A stretch of 45,081 bases of DNA from an uncultured bacterium (GTDB taxonomy: Bacteria > Actinomycetota > Acidimicrobiia > Spongiisociales > UBA5794), in contig CBDUNF010000002.1 in assembly GCA_965368515.1 (NCBI GenBank), positions 1-45,081 of the forward strand, written 5' to 3'. Position 1 is the stretch's first letter, and each line of letters opens with the position of its first letter. A program made the translations under genes and the position numbers. The notes beneath the pieces are model-generated. The model worked only from the letters and a program-made list of their open reading frames with translations. It was not told where the DNA came from and ran no database searches. Shown piece after piece: positions 7,932-15,394 of this stretch.

Positions 7932-9220
7932 GAGCGAGGCTGAACCTCGTCGTCGGTGCCGTAACGGCCATGGTGGTTATTGCGTTCCTGTTCCCGCTCA
8001 CCCTGATGGTTCGCGAACTAGCAGCGGATGGTGCGGCGACCGAGGGCCAGAACGAAGCAGACATCATCGCCCAGTTCATAGCTCTGCAGGCAGGAACCGC
8101 CGACGCCGAGACCCTCATCGATGGAGTCCGTGCGGTGCGCGACGAGTACCCCACCTCGTTCATCGTGGCGACCGAGGACAGCCAGAAGGTAATCGGTGAG
8201 CCGGTTCCTCCAGATGAGAACATCGATGCCGCCATCAACGGCGCAACGTTCCGAGCGGCGGTGAGCGGCGGTCAAGCCATCTACGCTCCTGTGCTTGTTC
8301 CGAGCACGGGTCAAACCATCGTCGTTCGTGTCTTCGTATCCGATGAGGCGCTGACCGAAGGAGTTGGGCGTTCCACCACCATCCTCATTCTGCTTGGCTT
8401 TGCCCTAGTTGCGATCGCCATCGCGGTAGCCGATCGGCTTGGGCGCTCGATGGTGCAGCCCGTCAAAGAGCTATCCGCCACCGCTTCGATCCTGGGTGAG
8501 GGCAATCTCCAAGCCCGGGTGACGCCGTCTGGTCCACCAGAGGTGCAAGAGGTCGCCACCGAACTCAACGACCTAGCCGATCGCATTGTTCGCCTGCTGA
8601 GAATGGAACGAGAGGCAGCGGCCGACCTTTCCCACCGTCTCCGCACACCGTTGACGGCTGTCCGTCTCGATGCCGAGGCGCTCGAACCTGGAGACGGCAC
8701 CACACGACTACTCGATGATCTCGACGAACTCGAACGCACGGTCGACTTTGTCATCAACGAGGCTCGCCGCCCGATGCGTTCTGACAAGGACCGCAGCTGC
8801 GATCTTGCCAGGGTTGCCGCAGCGCGAGTCGAGTTCTGGATGGCGCTGGCCGAGGAGCAGGACCGCAAGCTCGAATACATGGCCGACGGACAATCCGCCC
8901 TGGTGCGGATCGGGGCAGACGATGCCACCGCGATGATCGACGCACTAATCGGCAACGTCTTCGCTCACACTGACGACGGAGTCGATTTCACGGTCGCCGT
9001 GGCAACGATCGACGACGAAAGTCTGATGCTGATCGTCGACGACCAGGGTCCCGGCTTTGCGGCAGAAATGGCTGAGCGGGGCCTCAGCACAGGTGGCTCA
9101 ACCGGCCTCGGTTTGGACATCGCCGCCCGTACCGCAGCCACCGGTGGCGGGGCGCTCATCATCGGCACCAGCGCCGGAGGAGGCGGCCGGGTCACAGTGA
9201 CCCTGCCACTGCTCGATTAG
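7928..9220 (+). CDS. Sensor histidine kinase (two TM helices, HAMP, HisKA, HATPase_c) (copy 1)
   Basis: The GTG start overlaps the regulator stop (GTGA). H-box: DLSHRLRTPLTAV. G-boxes: DDQGPGF and GGSTGLGLDIA. Confidence 0.9.
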   Translation: MRARLNLVVGAVTAMVVIAFLFPLTLMVRELAADGAATEGQNEADIIAQFIALQAGTADAETLIDGVRAVRDEYPTSFIVATEDSQKVIGEPVPPDENIDAAINGATFRAAVSGGQAIYAPVLVPSTGQTIVVRVFVSDEALTEGVGRSTTILILLGFALVAIAIAVADRLGRSMVQPVKELSATASILGEGNLQARVTPSGPPEVQEVATELNDLADRIVRLLRMEREAAADLSHRLRTPLTAVRLDAEALEPGDGTTRLLDDLDELERTVDFVINEARRPMRSDKDRSCDLARVAAARVEFWMALAEEQDRKLEYMADGQSALVRIGADDATAMIDALIGNVFAHTDDGVDFTVAVATIDDESLMLIVDDQGPGFAAEMAERGLSTGGSTGLGLDIAARTAATGGGALIIGTSAGGGGRVTVTLPLLD

Positions 9221-9813
9221 CTAGCCGGCGTCTCAGCGGGCTCGGTCTTGCCGGCCGGTCTGCGCCGTGGTGTGGCAGGGGCCGGCCGTGCCGGATTGGC
9301 TGCTTGGGCAATGCGGATGATCATCAACATCGTGACTATCGCAAGGGAACCGGCATACATCCCGAGCACAACGGGGTGAGAGGTGTCGGTGCCGCTGAAC
9401 ACTCCGTGCAGTCCGGCGCCGACGAACGTCCCAAAGGAGGTCATGTGGATGGCTCGCCACGCATTCTGCCCGATCCACTTCTTGACGTAGAAGCTGAACG
9501 TGATGATGAACATCATGTAGAAGGCCACGACGCCCAACGAGACCGCCAGCGGCCGCCAGGAAGAAGCTCCGGGTACGAACAGGGCGCGGTACCCGAAGTC
9601 GATGAAGTCGTGGTTGAACAGGAAGTACATGTGCACACCGGTTGCGACCAGCGAACCGATTCCCAGCGATTCATGGAACCAGGCCACGCCCTTGGCCTTG
9701 ACCGCACGCCCGAGAACCTTGGTCGAGATCAGCAGACCCCAGATCGTCGAACCGGACAGAAGCAGGAAGGCAACGATGCCGGACCCACGGATTGCCATCC
9801 ACTCAATACTCAT
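9217..9813 (-). CDS. Ferric-reductase-like transmembrane protein (MsrQ/YedZ-type haem b membrane component, no fused FAD/NAD domain)
   Basis: Track ORF trimmed to MSIEWMAIRG (ATG at 9813, with GAGGAG upstream). It has five to six hydrophobic helices carrying conserved His residues (WFHESLG, GVHMY, AIHMTSF, GLHGVF). Confidence 0.75.
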   Translation of the reverse strand: MSIEWMAIRGSGIVAFLLLSGSTIWGLLISTKVLGRAVKAKGVAWFHESLGIGSLVATGVHMYFLFNHDFIDFGYRALFVPGASSWRPLAVSLGVVAFYMMFIITFSFYVKKWIGQNAWRAIHMTSFGTFVGAGLHGVFSGTDTSHPVVLGMYAGSLAIVTMLMIIRIAQAANPARPAPATPRRRPAGKTEPAETPAS

Positions 9814-9826
9814 CTTTTTGTTCTCC

Positions 9827-10663
9827 TCACGCCGCCATCTCCCAACCGGTGGTCGCATAGACGTTGCCGTCGTGCCAGACCACCAGAGCGGCGGTAATCC
9901 AATCCTGTTTCTCGGCCCAAACCAGTCCGCGCTCGCCGTGGAGTAGAACCGCCTTGGCCCCCGCCTCAGCCGCAACCGCAGTCCGGGCGCTCACCGTGGC
10001 ACTGAAGATCGGAGACACAGCAGGCTCCATCCGACGCGGGTCGATGATGTGGTGGGCATCCACAGCACCGACTTTCCAGCGTCGGCGCGTTGAAGACGAA
10101 GTTGCGAGACCGCCCACTCCGAGATGCACCGTGGCGGCCACTTCACCCCATGGATCTTGGATGCCGACGGTCGTCTCGGGACTCACAGAGCGAACATCGC
10201 CACCGGCGGAGACAACGGTGGCTTGACCGTGCCTCACGACGTGGTCTGCAGTCCAACCCTTGGCAATCCCGCCGAGGTCGAGCTTGGTTCCTGGTCTCCT
10301 TCGCAGGAGGTTGCCCGCAATGGACCAGTCGCCCATGGGTTCGATGACGGCGGGCGCGGTGCGATCCGCGACCGCACTGAAGGTACGGTCGTAGCCCCAG
10401 CCAATAACTGCGTTACCGACCGCAGGGTCGATCAGCCCTTCGGTGAGTCGACGCAGATCTGCGGCGACAGCCAGACACTCGGCGAGCTGCGCAGAAACCT
10501 CGACTTCGAGAGCGGTGCTCTGGTTTACCGCAGTCAACTCACTCGCCGGATCGAACCGGCTAAACACGGCTTCAGCATCGGCAAAAGCCCGCTCCACAAG
10601 CGAGACATCGTCGCCAAACGCAACCACGTCGGTACCCATCGCACGAAACTCGATCCTCTTCAT
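9827..10663 (-). CDS. apbE: ApbE-family FAD:protein FMN transferase (no signal peptide or lipobox visible)
   Basis: 278 aa. It starts MKRIEFRAMGTDV, directly at the conserved xMGT motif. LDLGGIAKGW and GGLATSS motifs are present. Confidence 0.9.
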   Translation of the reverse strand: MKRIEFRAMGTDVVAFGDDVSLVERAFADAEAVFSRFDPASELTAVNQSTALEVEVSAQLAECLAVAADLRRLTEGLIDPAVGNAVIGWGYDRTFSAVADRTAPAVIEPMGDWSIAGNLLRRRPGTKLDLGGIAKGWTADHVVRHGQATVVSAGGDVRSVSPETTVGIQDPWGEVAATVHLGVGGLATSSSTRRRWKVGAVDAHHIIDPRRMEPAVSPIFSATVSARTAVAAEAGAKAVLLHGERGLVWAEKQDWITAALVVWHDGNVYATTGWEMAA

Positions 10664-11028
10664 GACCCGTTGCTGACTACGTCAATCGTGGCGCGAGTGG
10701 TCGTACCCCCGCCACCCGAGCTGGCAGTGCCACCACCGCCGCCGCCACCACCAACTGTGACGGTACGCGTAATGACCTCAGGCGGAGGGGGCGGCACCGG
10801 CGTGTAGCGAATGACGACAAGCCCCTCCTCGGGTTGGGCCGGCACCGCTGCAACCGGTTCCGGCACCTCCTGCACCTCTGGCTCCGGTTCCGGAGCGGGG
10901 TCAGGCGCCGTCTCCGTCCCCTGCTCGGCTGCTGCCTGCACAGCAATGACAGAGGTGCCCCAGGCAACCGCAGCGCCAGTCCAGGCGATGATTCGGGCCC
11001 ATCTGCTGGGGAAGAGTCGTTTCAACAT
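10660..11028 (-). CDS. Single-TM Pro/Glu- and Gly-rich small protein (anchor plus linker only)
   Basis: 122 aa. TM helix IIAWTGAAVAWGTSVIAV, then PDPAPEPEPEVQEVPEP, PPPPP and GGGGGGGG runs. Its stop overlaps the apbE start as ATGA. Confidence 0.55.
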   Translation of the reverse strand: MLKRLFPSRWARIIAWTGAAVAWGTSVIAVQAAAEQGTETAPDPAPEPEPEVQEVPEPVAAVPAQPEEGLVVIRYTPVPPPPPEVITRTVTVGGGGGGGGTASSGGGGTTTRATIDVVSNGS

Positions 11029-11029
11029 G

Positions 11030-11401
11030 TCAGCCTTCCTCGGCGGTCGGGTCTTCTTCGACGACGGTCAACACGGCGCCGTTCTCAATGAGCACCCTGG
11101 TAACCGCATCGGGCAGTTCGGTTTCGAGATCGGAGGTGCCAGCCAATTCGGCGTAGCCGTTGGCCTGCAACACCCTGACCACCGCGGGGTCGAGTTCTTC
11201 AACATCGAGTTCCGGGATCGGCTCGACAATGACCTCGGTGATTACTGGAGAGGTCGTGGTCGATTGCTCAACCACGACCTCTCCCTCAACGACAGATTGC
11301 TCTGCCGGGGAAGTGAGGAGCCAGACCACCGGGATCAGACCGGTCACTGCGACAACGACCGCTGCCAGCAGAGAGACGCCGCTCGAGGATTCCTTGGCCA
11401 T
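11030..11401 (-). CDS. Single-TM acidic small protein with an internal duplicated motif
   Basis: 123 aa. TM helix VSLLAAVVVAVTGLIPVVWLL. The repeated motif is DPAVVRVLQANGYA / PDAVTRVLIENGAV. There is a 1-nt gap to the next gene and a 3-nt gap to the previous one. Confidence 0.55.
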   Translation of the reverse strand: MAKESSSGVSLLAAVVVAVTGLIPVVWLLTSPAEQSVVEGEVVVEQSTTTSPVITEVIVEPIPELDVEELDPAVVRVLQANGYAELAGTSDLETELPDAVTRVLIENGAVLTVVEEDPTAEEG

Positions 11402-11404
11402 TGG

Positions 11405-12187
11405 CTAGTGCTCGCCCTCGTCGTCGTCATCGTCATCGTCATCGTCTTCTTCGTCATCATCGTCATCATCGTGGTCGTCATCATCGTGGTCGTCATCATC
11501 GTGGTCGTCATCGTCGTCATCGTCATGATGACCGCCACGATCGGCGAGGTCGGCTGCGTCGCGGGCCGCGGACAGCTTCGCCATGCCACCCGAGTAGTCA
11601 CCGGAATCGGCAAGAGATGCCGCATCTGCCACCAACTGGCGAGCCAGGTCGACCTTCTCACCGCTCGCACCATCGGCGATGGCCGCATTGATGTAGGCGA
11701 CGGTCTCCGCGTACTCTTCTTCGAACTCAGCGGCTGCGCTGTCGTCGCTGCCACTCGACGAGTTGGATGATCCGCTGGACGAAGCGGCGACAACGGTCAC
11801 GGTTTCCACTACGGCTTCCGGAGCCGGTGGGCCCGGCAACTCGAGCCCTTCAGTGGCGCAGATTGCGCGCAGGGAATCGAGGGCTGCCTGTTCGAGGGCA
11901 CTGATCGAGCTGTCGGCTTCCTTGGCTACGAGGCCCAAACCTTGCTCGCCGCAGGCTGCGGCGAGATCGTCAGTCGACGCAATCTCGGGCGTTTCGACAT
12001 CGCTCGCCGCCGTCGTGGCTGTGGTCTCGGCAACGACTACCTCAACCGCGGCTGCTTCCTGGGTTTCTGCAGAAGCATCCGGATTGACCAGAGCTACTGC
12101 AGCAACGGCGCTCAATGGCACCAACAGCAGCCCGATGATCAGCGATGTGGAGAACCTGTTCCCCCCGCTTGCGGTCTTGTTACTCAA
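11405..12187 (-). CDS. Secreted acidic protein with two Cys and a 41-aa Asp/His/Glu C-terminal tail
   Basis: TTG start 8 nt after AAGGAGA. Signal peptide SLIIGLLLVPLSAVAAVALV..ASA. The tail reads HHDDDDDDDHDDDDHDDDDHDDDDDDEEDDDDDDDDDEGEH. Confidence 0.65.
   Translation of the reverse strand: MSNKTASGGNRFSTSLIIGLLLVPLSAVAAVALVNPDASAETQEAAAVEVVVAETTATTAASDVETPEIASTDDLAAACGEQGLGLVAKEADSSISALEQAALDSLRAICATEGLELPGPPAPEAVVETVTVVAASSSGSSNSSSGSDDSAAAEFEEEYAETVAYINAAIADGASGEKVDLARQLVADAASLADSGDYSGGMAKLSAARDAADLADRGGHHDDDDDDDHDDDDHDDDDHDDDDDDEEDDDDDDDDDEGEH
11462..11506. repeat. Three perfect tandem copies of a 15-bp unit (GTCATCATCGTGGTC) inside a longer GAC/GAT/CAC low-complexity tract
   Basis: Read directly from the sequence: 11462-11476, 11477-11491 and 11492-11506 are identical. 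They encode (HDDDD)x3 of the acidic tail on the minus strand. Confidence 0.9.
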
Positions 12188-12352
12188 CGGCTCATCTCCT
12201 TGGTTGTTAGGACGGAATCCCTACCCCGTCCGGGCAACAATGCACGAAGCTGCGTTAAGCCATCGCTAACTGGCCGCCAAACGCCGTCTAAAGGTCCATC
12301 CCATGGGGAGAGCGTCACCAGCCTCGTCGGTGCCAGCGTTCTTCATCCATCA

Positions 12353-12381
12353 GCCATATGGGCCAGCATTGACTGTGTCAA
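12353..12381 (-). promoter_or_regulatory. Candidate sigma-70-type promoter of the ApbE operon
   Basis: On the minus strand, TTGACA (12381-12376), a 17-nt spacer, then TATGGC (12358-12353). This would give a leader of about 160 nt that contains a GGACGG..CCGTCC hairpin just before the SD. Confidence 0.25.
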
Positions 12382-12388
12382 AGCACTA

Positions 12389-13054
12389 CTACGAGTCCCG
12401 CTGCTCCGGCCTTTGGTAACCGCTCACGTATGGAGGAACTGGTACATCGACTCGCAATTGCGAGTCAACCACGGGCTCGCCGGCCACGGTGGTCAATGGA
12501 ACCACTCCGGCCCAGATCGGCAGGTCATAGTCCTCGTCGTCATCTCCGGGCCCACCGGCCCGGGTCTTTGCGGACGCCTCGCCCAAGGGGAGAGCCACAA
12601 CGAGCGTGCCCTTGAATTCCTTGTCACTCATCGGCCGGGAGTCCGCCCAGCGGCCCGGAACCACCTGGTCGGTGATGGCCTCCAACGCGGTTCGCTTCTC
12701 GTCTTCGTCGGTGACGACACGGGGCGACCCGAACACAACCACGGACCGGTAGTTCATCGAATTGTGGAAGGCAGCCCGGGCGATCACCAGACCGTCGAGC
12801 AATGTGACGTTGACGCTGATCTCATCGCCCGACCGCATCGTCCGCAACATCCGGCTCGCCGGCGACCCATGCAAGTAGAGAGTCTCCCCGACACGGGCGT
12901 GGATGGTTGGGATGACAACGGGAGCACCCTCGTGCACAAAGCCGACATGGCAGATAAGAGCTTCGTCGAGGATCGAGTTGATCAGATCGCGATCGTAACT
13001 CCCCCGCTCGGGAAGTCGGCGGACTTCGGTTCGTGCTGTTGGTTCAAGGGACAT
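12389..13054 (-). CDS. Pyridoxamine 5'-phosphate oxidase-family (split-barrel FMN/F420-binding) protein
   Basis: Track ORF trimmed to MSLEPTARTEVRRLPERGSYDRDLINSILDEALICHVGF..., the typical Pyridox_ox_2-type N-terminus and length. Confidence 0.75.
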   Translation of the reverse strand: MSLEPTARTEVRRLPERGSYDRDLINSILDEALICHVGFVHEGAPVVIPTIHARVGETLYLHGSPASRMLRTMRSGDEISVNVTLLDGLVIARAAFHNSMNYRSVVVFGSPRVVTDEDEKRTALEAITDQVVPGRWADSRPMSDKEFKGTLVVALPLGEASAKTRAGGPGDDDEDYDLPIWAGVVPLTTVAGEPVVDSQLRVDVPVPPYVSGYQRPEQRDS

Positions 13055-13097
13055 GGGCGGGAGCCTACCGCTATGTGAGGTTAGGTATGGTGACGGG

Positions 13098-13715
13098 ATG
13101 GCCAAGGCCCCACACTCAGCGTTCGCCCGGATTTACGACCTGTTCATGGTCCCGCAGGATCGATTTGGTCTTCGCCATCAGCGGGCCAAGCTCTGCGGTA
13201 CCGCCACCGGCCGAGTCCTCGAGGTTGCCATCGGAACCGGCCTCAATCTCGCCCATTACATCCACGCCGAGTCGGTAGTGGGCGTGGACAACAACCTTGG
13301 AATGCTGCGAAGGGCCATTCGGCGAACGTGGGAAAGCTCGATCCCCGTTGAACTGGTCGCCGCCGATGCGCGCCGGTTGCCCTTCCCGGACTCGAGCTTT
13401 GACGCCGTTGTGATCGGGTTCTCCCTCTGCACCATCCCCAACCCAGAGGCAGCTCTCGAGGAGTTCGCCCGGGTCACCGCACCGGGTGGCACATTCCATT
13501 TCCTCGAGCACGTTCGATCCGGGAAACCACGCACAGCACGGCTTCAGGACCGCTTCTCCGGCACCTGGGAGCGGGTCTCGGGCGGTTGCAGAGCCAACCA
13601 AGACACCGGAGATATCCTCGAGCGATCGAGCTGGAAGATCTCGAATGTGTGGGCGTCGGACGGCGGAGGCCTCATCCAGGGATCCGCAAGTAAGAGCGCG
13701 GCACCCCGGCCCTAG
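13098..13715 (+). CDS. Class I SAM-dependent methyltransferase
   Basis: Track ORF trimmed to MAKAPHSAF. Motif I is VLEVAIGTGLN, followed by the post-I acidic residue and FDAVVIGFSLCTI. Confidence 0.8.
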   Translation: MAKAPHSAFARIYDLFMVPQDRFGLRHQRAKLCGTATGRVLEVAIGTGLNLAHYIHAESVVGVDNNLGMLRRAIRRTWESSIPVELVAADARRLPFPDSSFDAVVIGFSLCTIPNPEAALEEFARVTAPGGTFHFLEHVRSGKPRTARLQDRFSGTWERVSGGCRANQDTGDILERSSWKISNVWASDGGGLIQGSASKSAAPRP

Positions 13716-14458
13716 AGACGGCCGGCCTCGACGATCCGTTGCAGGAATTGGCGGGTGCGCGCCTGCTCCGGCTCGCTGAAGATCTTGGCCGGCTCACCCT
13801 TCTCGAGAATGACCCCGTTGTCCAGGAAGCAGACCTGGTCGGCAACGTCACGGGCAAAACCCATCTCGTGGGTGGCAATGATCATGGTCATCCCGTCTTC
13901 CTTGAGACCGCGGATCACACCGAGCACCTCGGCAACCAACTCCGGGTCGAGAGCAGAGGTGACCTCGTCAAACAGCATCAATTCCGGTTGAGTCGCCAAT
14001 GCCCGGACGACGGCCACCCGTTGCTGCTGACCGCCGGAAAGCCGGTCGGGGTATTCGGCGATCTTGTCAATCAGTCCGAATTGCTCGAGCAGGGTGTGGG
14101 CTCTTTCGTTGGCCTCATCCTTGGAGATGCCGTGCACCTTCACCGGGCTCAGTGTGATGTTCTGCAACACGGTCATGTGGGGGAACAGATTGAACGCCTG
14201 GAAGACGATCCCCATCCGCTGCCGAACATCGTTCGGATTCACGGAGGGATCGGTGATCACGTCCCCGTCGAACACGATTTCTCCCGCATCGATCGGCCAC
14301 AGGAGGTTGATGCACTTCAGCAAGGTCGACTTCCCCGATCCGGAAGAGCCGATGAGGCACACCACTTCGTGTGGGTCGACCTGGAGATCAACGTCACGCA
14401 GGACGACCTTGTCATCGAATGCTTTGACCACACTGCGGACTTCGATACTCCCTGCCAT
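13712..14458 (-). CDS. Polar amino-acid ABC transporter ATP-binding protein
   Basis: Walker A GSSGSGKST, signature LSGGQQQRV, Walker B LMLFDEVTSALD. GlnQ/HisP-like length (248 aa). Confidence 0.9.
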   Translation of the reverse strand: MAGSIEVRSVVKAFDDKVVLRDVDLQVDPHEVVCLIGSSGSGKSTLLKCINLLWPIDAGEIVFDGDVITDPSVNPNDVRQRMGIVFQAFNLFPHMTVLQNITLSPVKVHGISKDEANERAHTLLEQFGLIDKIAEYPDRLSGGQQQRVAVVRALATQPELMLFDEVTSALDPELVAEVLGVIRGLKEDGMTMIIATHEMGFARDVADQVCFLDNGVILEKGEPAKIFSEPEQARTRQFLQRIVEAGRL

Positions 14459-15357
14459 CAGGAACCCACCGCCAGTCTCCGTCTTCGATCGCGCTCGGTG
14501 TACCAGTCCGTGAAGCGTGCCACCGGGACGCTCACCAGGAGAAACAGGATGGTGGCCACGATGTACGGGGTGTAATTGAATGTGCTGGCGATGTAGATCT
14601 GAGCCTCGCGGACGCCTTCACGGACTCCGAGCACGTACACAAGCGCGACGTCTTTCTGCAGGCTGACAAAACCATTGAGAAGAGCCGGGATCACGTTGCG
14701 AATCGCTTGCGGTACGAGCACGTAGCGCAACGTCTGCACCTGGGTCAGCCCGAGCGAACGAGCCGCCATGCGCTGACTCTCATGCACGGACTCGATGCCG
14801 GCGCGGTAGACCTCAGCCGTATATGCGCTGTAGCTGATCACCAAGGTCGCTACGCCCCAGAAGAGAGGGCTGCTCGGCACCCCACTCAGCTGCAGCGCAG
14901 GAATGCCAAAGCCAAGCAGCAGAATCAACAGGATGATCGGCACTCCACGAATCAGATCAATGAACACAATCACGATGGCACGGATCGGGAAGAACGCCGG
15001 ACCGCGTAGAGAGCGAATCATCGCCAGGACCAGCGCGAAGACAAGGATCAGAACCTCGGCGACGAGGAACATCTGAATGTCGAGCCAGAACCCACCGGCG
15101 ACTTCGGGGAGAGACTCCCAGAAGTGTTCGGAGTTGAAGAATTGCTTCTGAACAGCGGGCCAGGCCTCAGACGTAAGCACCCACCACAGCACAACGCCCA
15201 GCAAGATAACTGTGGAGGCGGCGGCGATGAGCGCGCTCTTTGCCCCCTCTTCGGTATGCCGCTTTCCCTTCTTCCGAGTGGGCCAGAGGCCGGGGCTGCG
15301 AAGGTCCTCAGGCGACGAGGTCAAGGAGCCACCATCCGTCCCAACTCCTTTTCTCAT
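14458..15357 (-). CDS. Polar amino-acid ABC transporter permease
   Basis: EAA-type loop AARSLGLTQVQTLRYVLVPQA and the multi-TM pattern of His/Glu/Gln/Arg-family permeases. 1-nt overlap with the ATPase gene. Confidence 0.85.
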   Translation of the reverse strand: MRKGVGTDGGSLTSSPEDLRSPGLWPTRKKGKRHTEEGAKSALIAAASTVILLGVVLWWVLTSEAWPAVQKQFFNSEHFWESLPEVAGGFWLDIQMFLVAEVLILVFALVLAMIRSLRGPAFFPIRAIVIVFIDLIRGVPIILLILLLGFGIPALQLSGVPSSPLFWGVATLVISYSAYTAEVYRAGIESVHESQRMAARSLGLTQVQTLRYVLVPQAIRNVIPALLNGFVSLQKDVALVYVLGVREGVREAQIYIASTFNYTPYIVATILFLLVSVPVARFTDWYTERDRRRRLAVGS

Positions 15358-15394
15358 ACGCGGATGCGTGAGAATAGCCGTCTACGATCTCCCA

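Noticed and set aside
9814-9975. N-terminal extension of the ferric-reductase-like ORF
   Set aside because: It overlaps the 3' end of apbE and is Arg/Trp-rich. The Met at 9813 has a GAGGAG SD and starts directly at the first TM helix.
10660-11028. 122-aa protein as the FMN_bind-type flavinylation substrate of ApbE
   Set aside because: It sits where an FMN-binding protein is often encoded. However, it consists only of a TM helix plus Pro/Gly linkers, and its closest string, TTTRATI, does not fit the [ST]GA[ST] acceptor motif.
10811-13078. Long plus-strand ORFs 10811..11770 (319 aa) and 11942..13078 (378 aa)
   Set aside because: They are antisense to the ApbE-operon genes and the PNPOx-family gene. 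The poly-Val/Ile and Arg-rich strings are mirror images of the Asp/His and Thr runs on the real strand.
13098-13715. Methyltransferase as the missing demethylmenaquinone methyltransferase (MenG/UbiE)
   Set aside because: Only a generic class I SAM-binding fold is visible. The gene is 11 kb from the nearest men gene and lacks the characteristic UbiE-family strings that I could recognise.
13739-14575. 278-aa plus-strand ORF
   Set aside because: It is antisense to the ABC ATPase gene, which has unambiguous Walker and signature motifs. The antisense product has no recognisable features.
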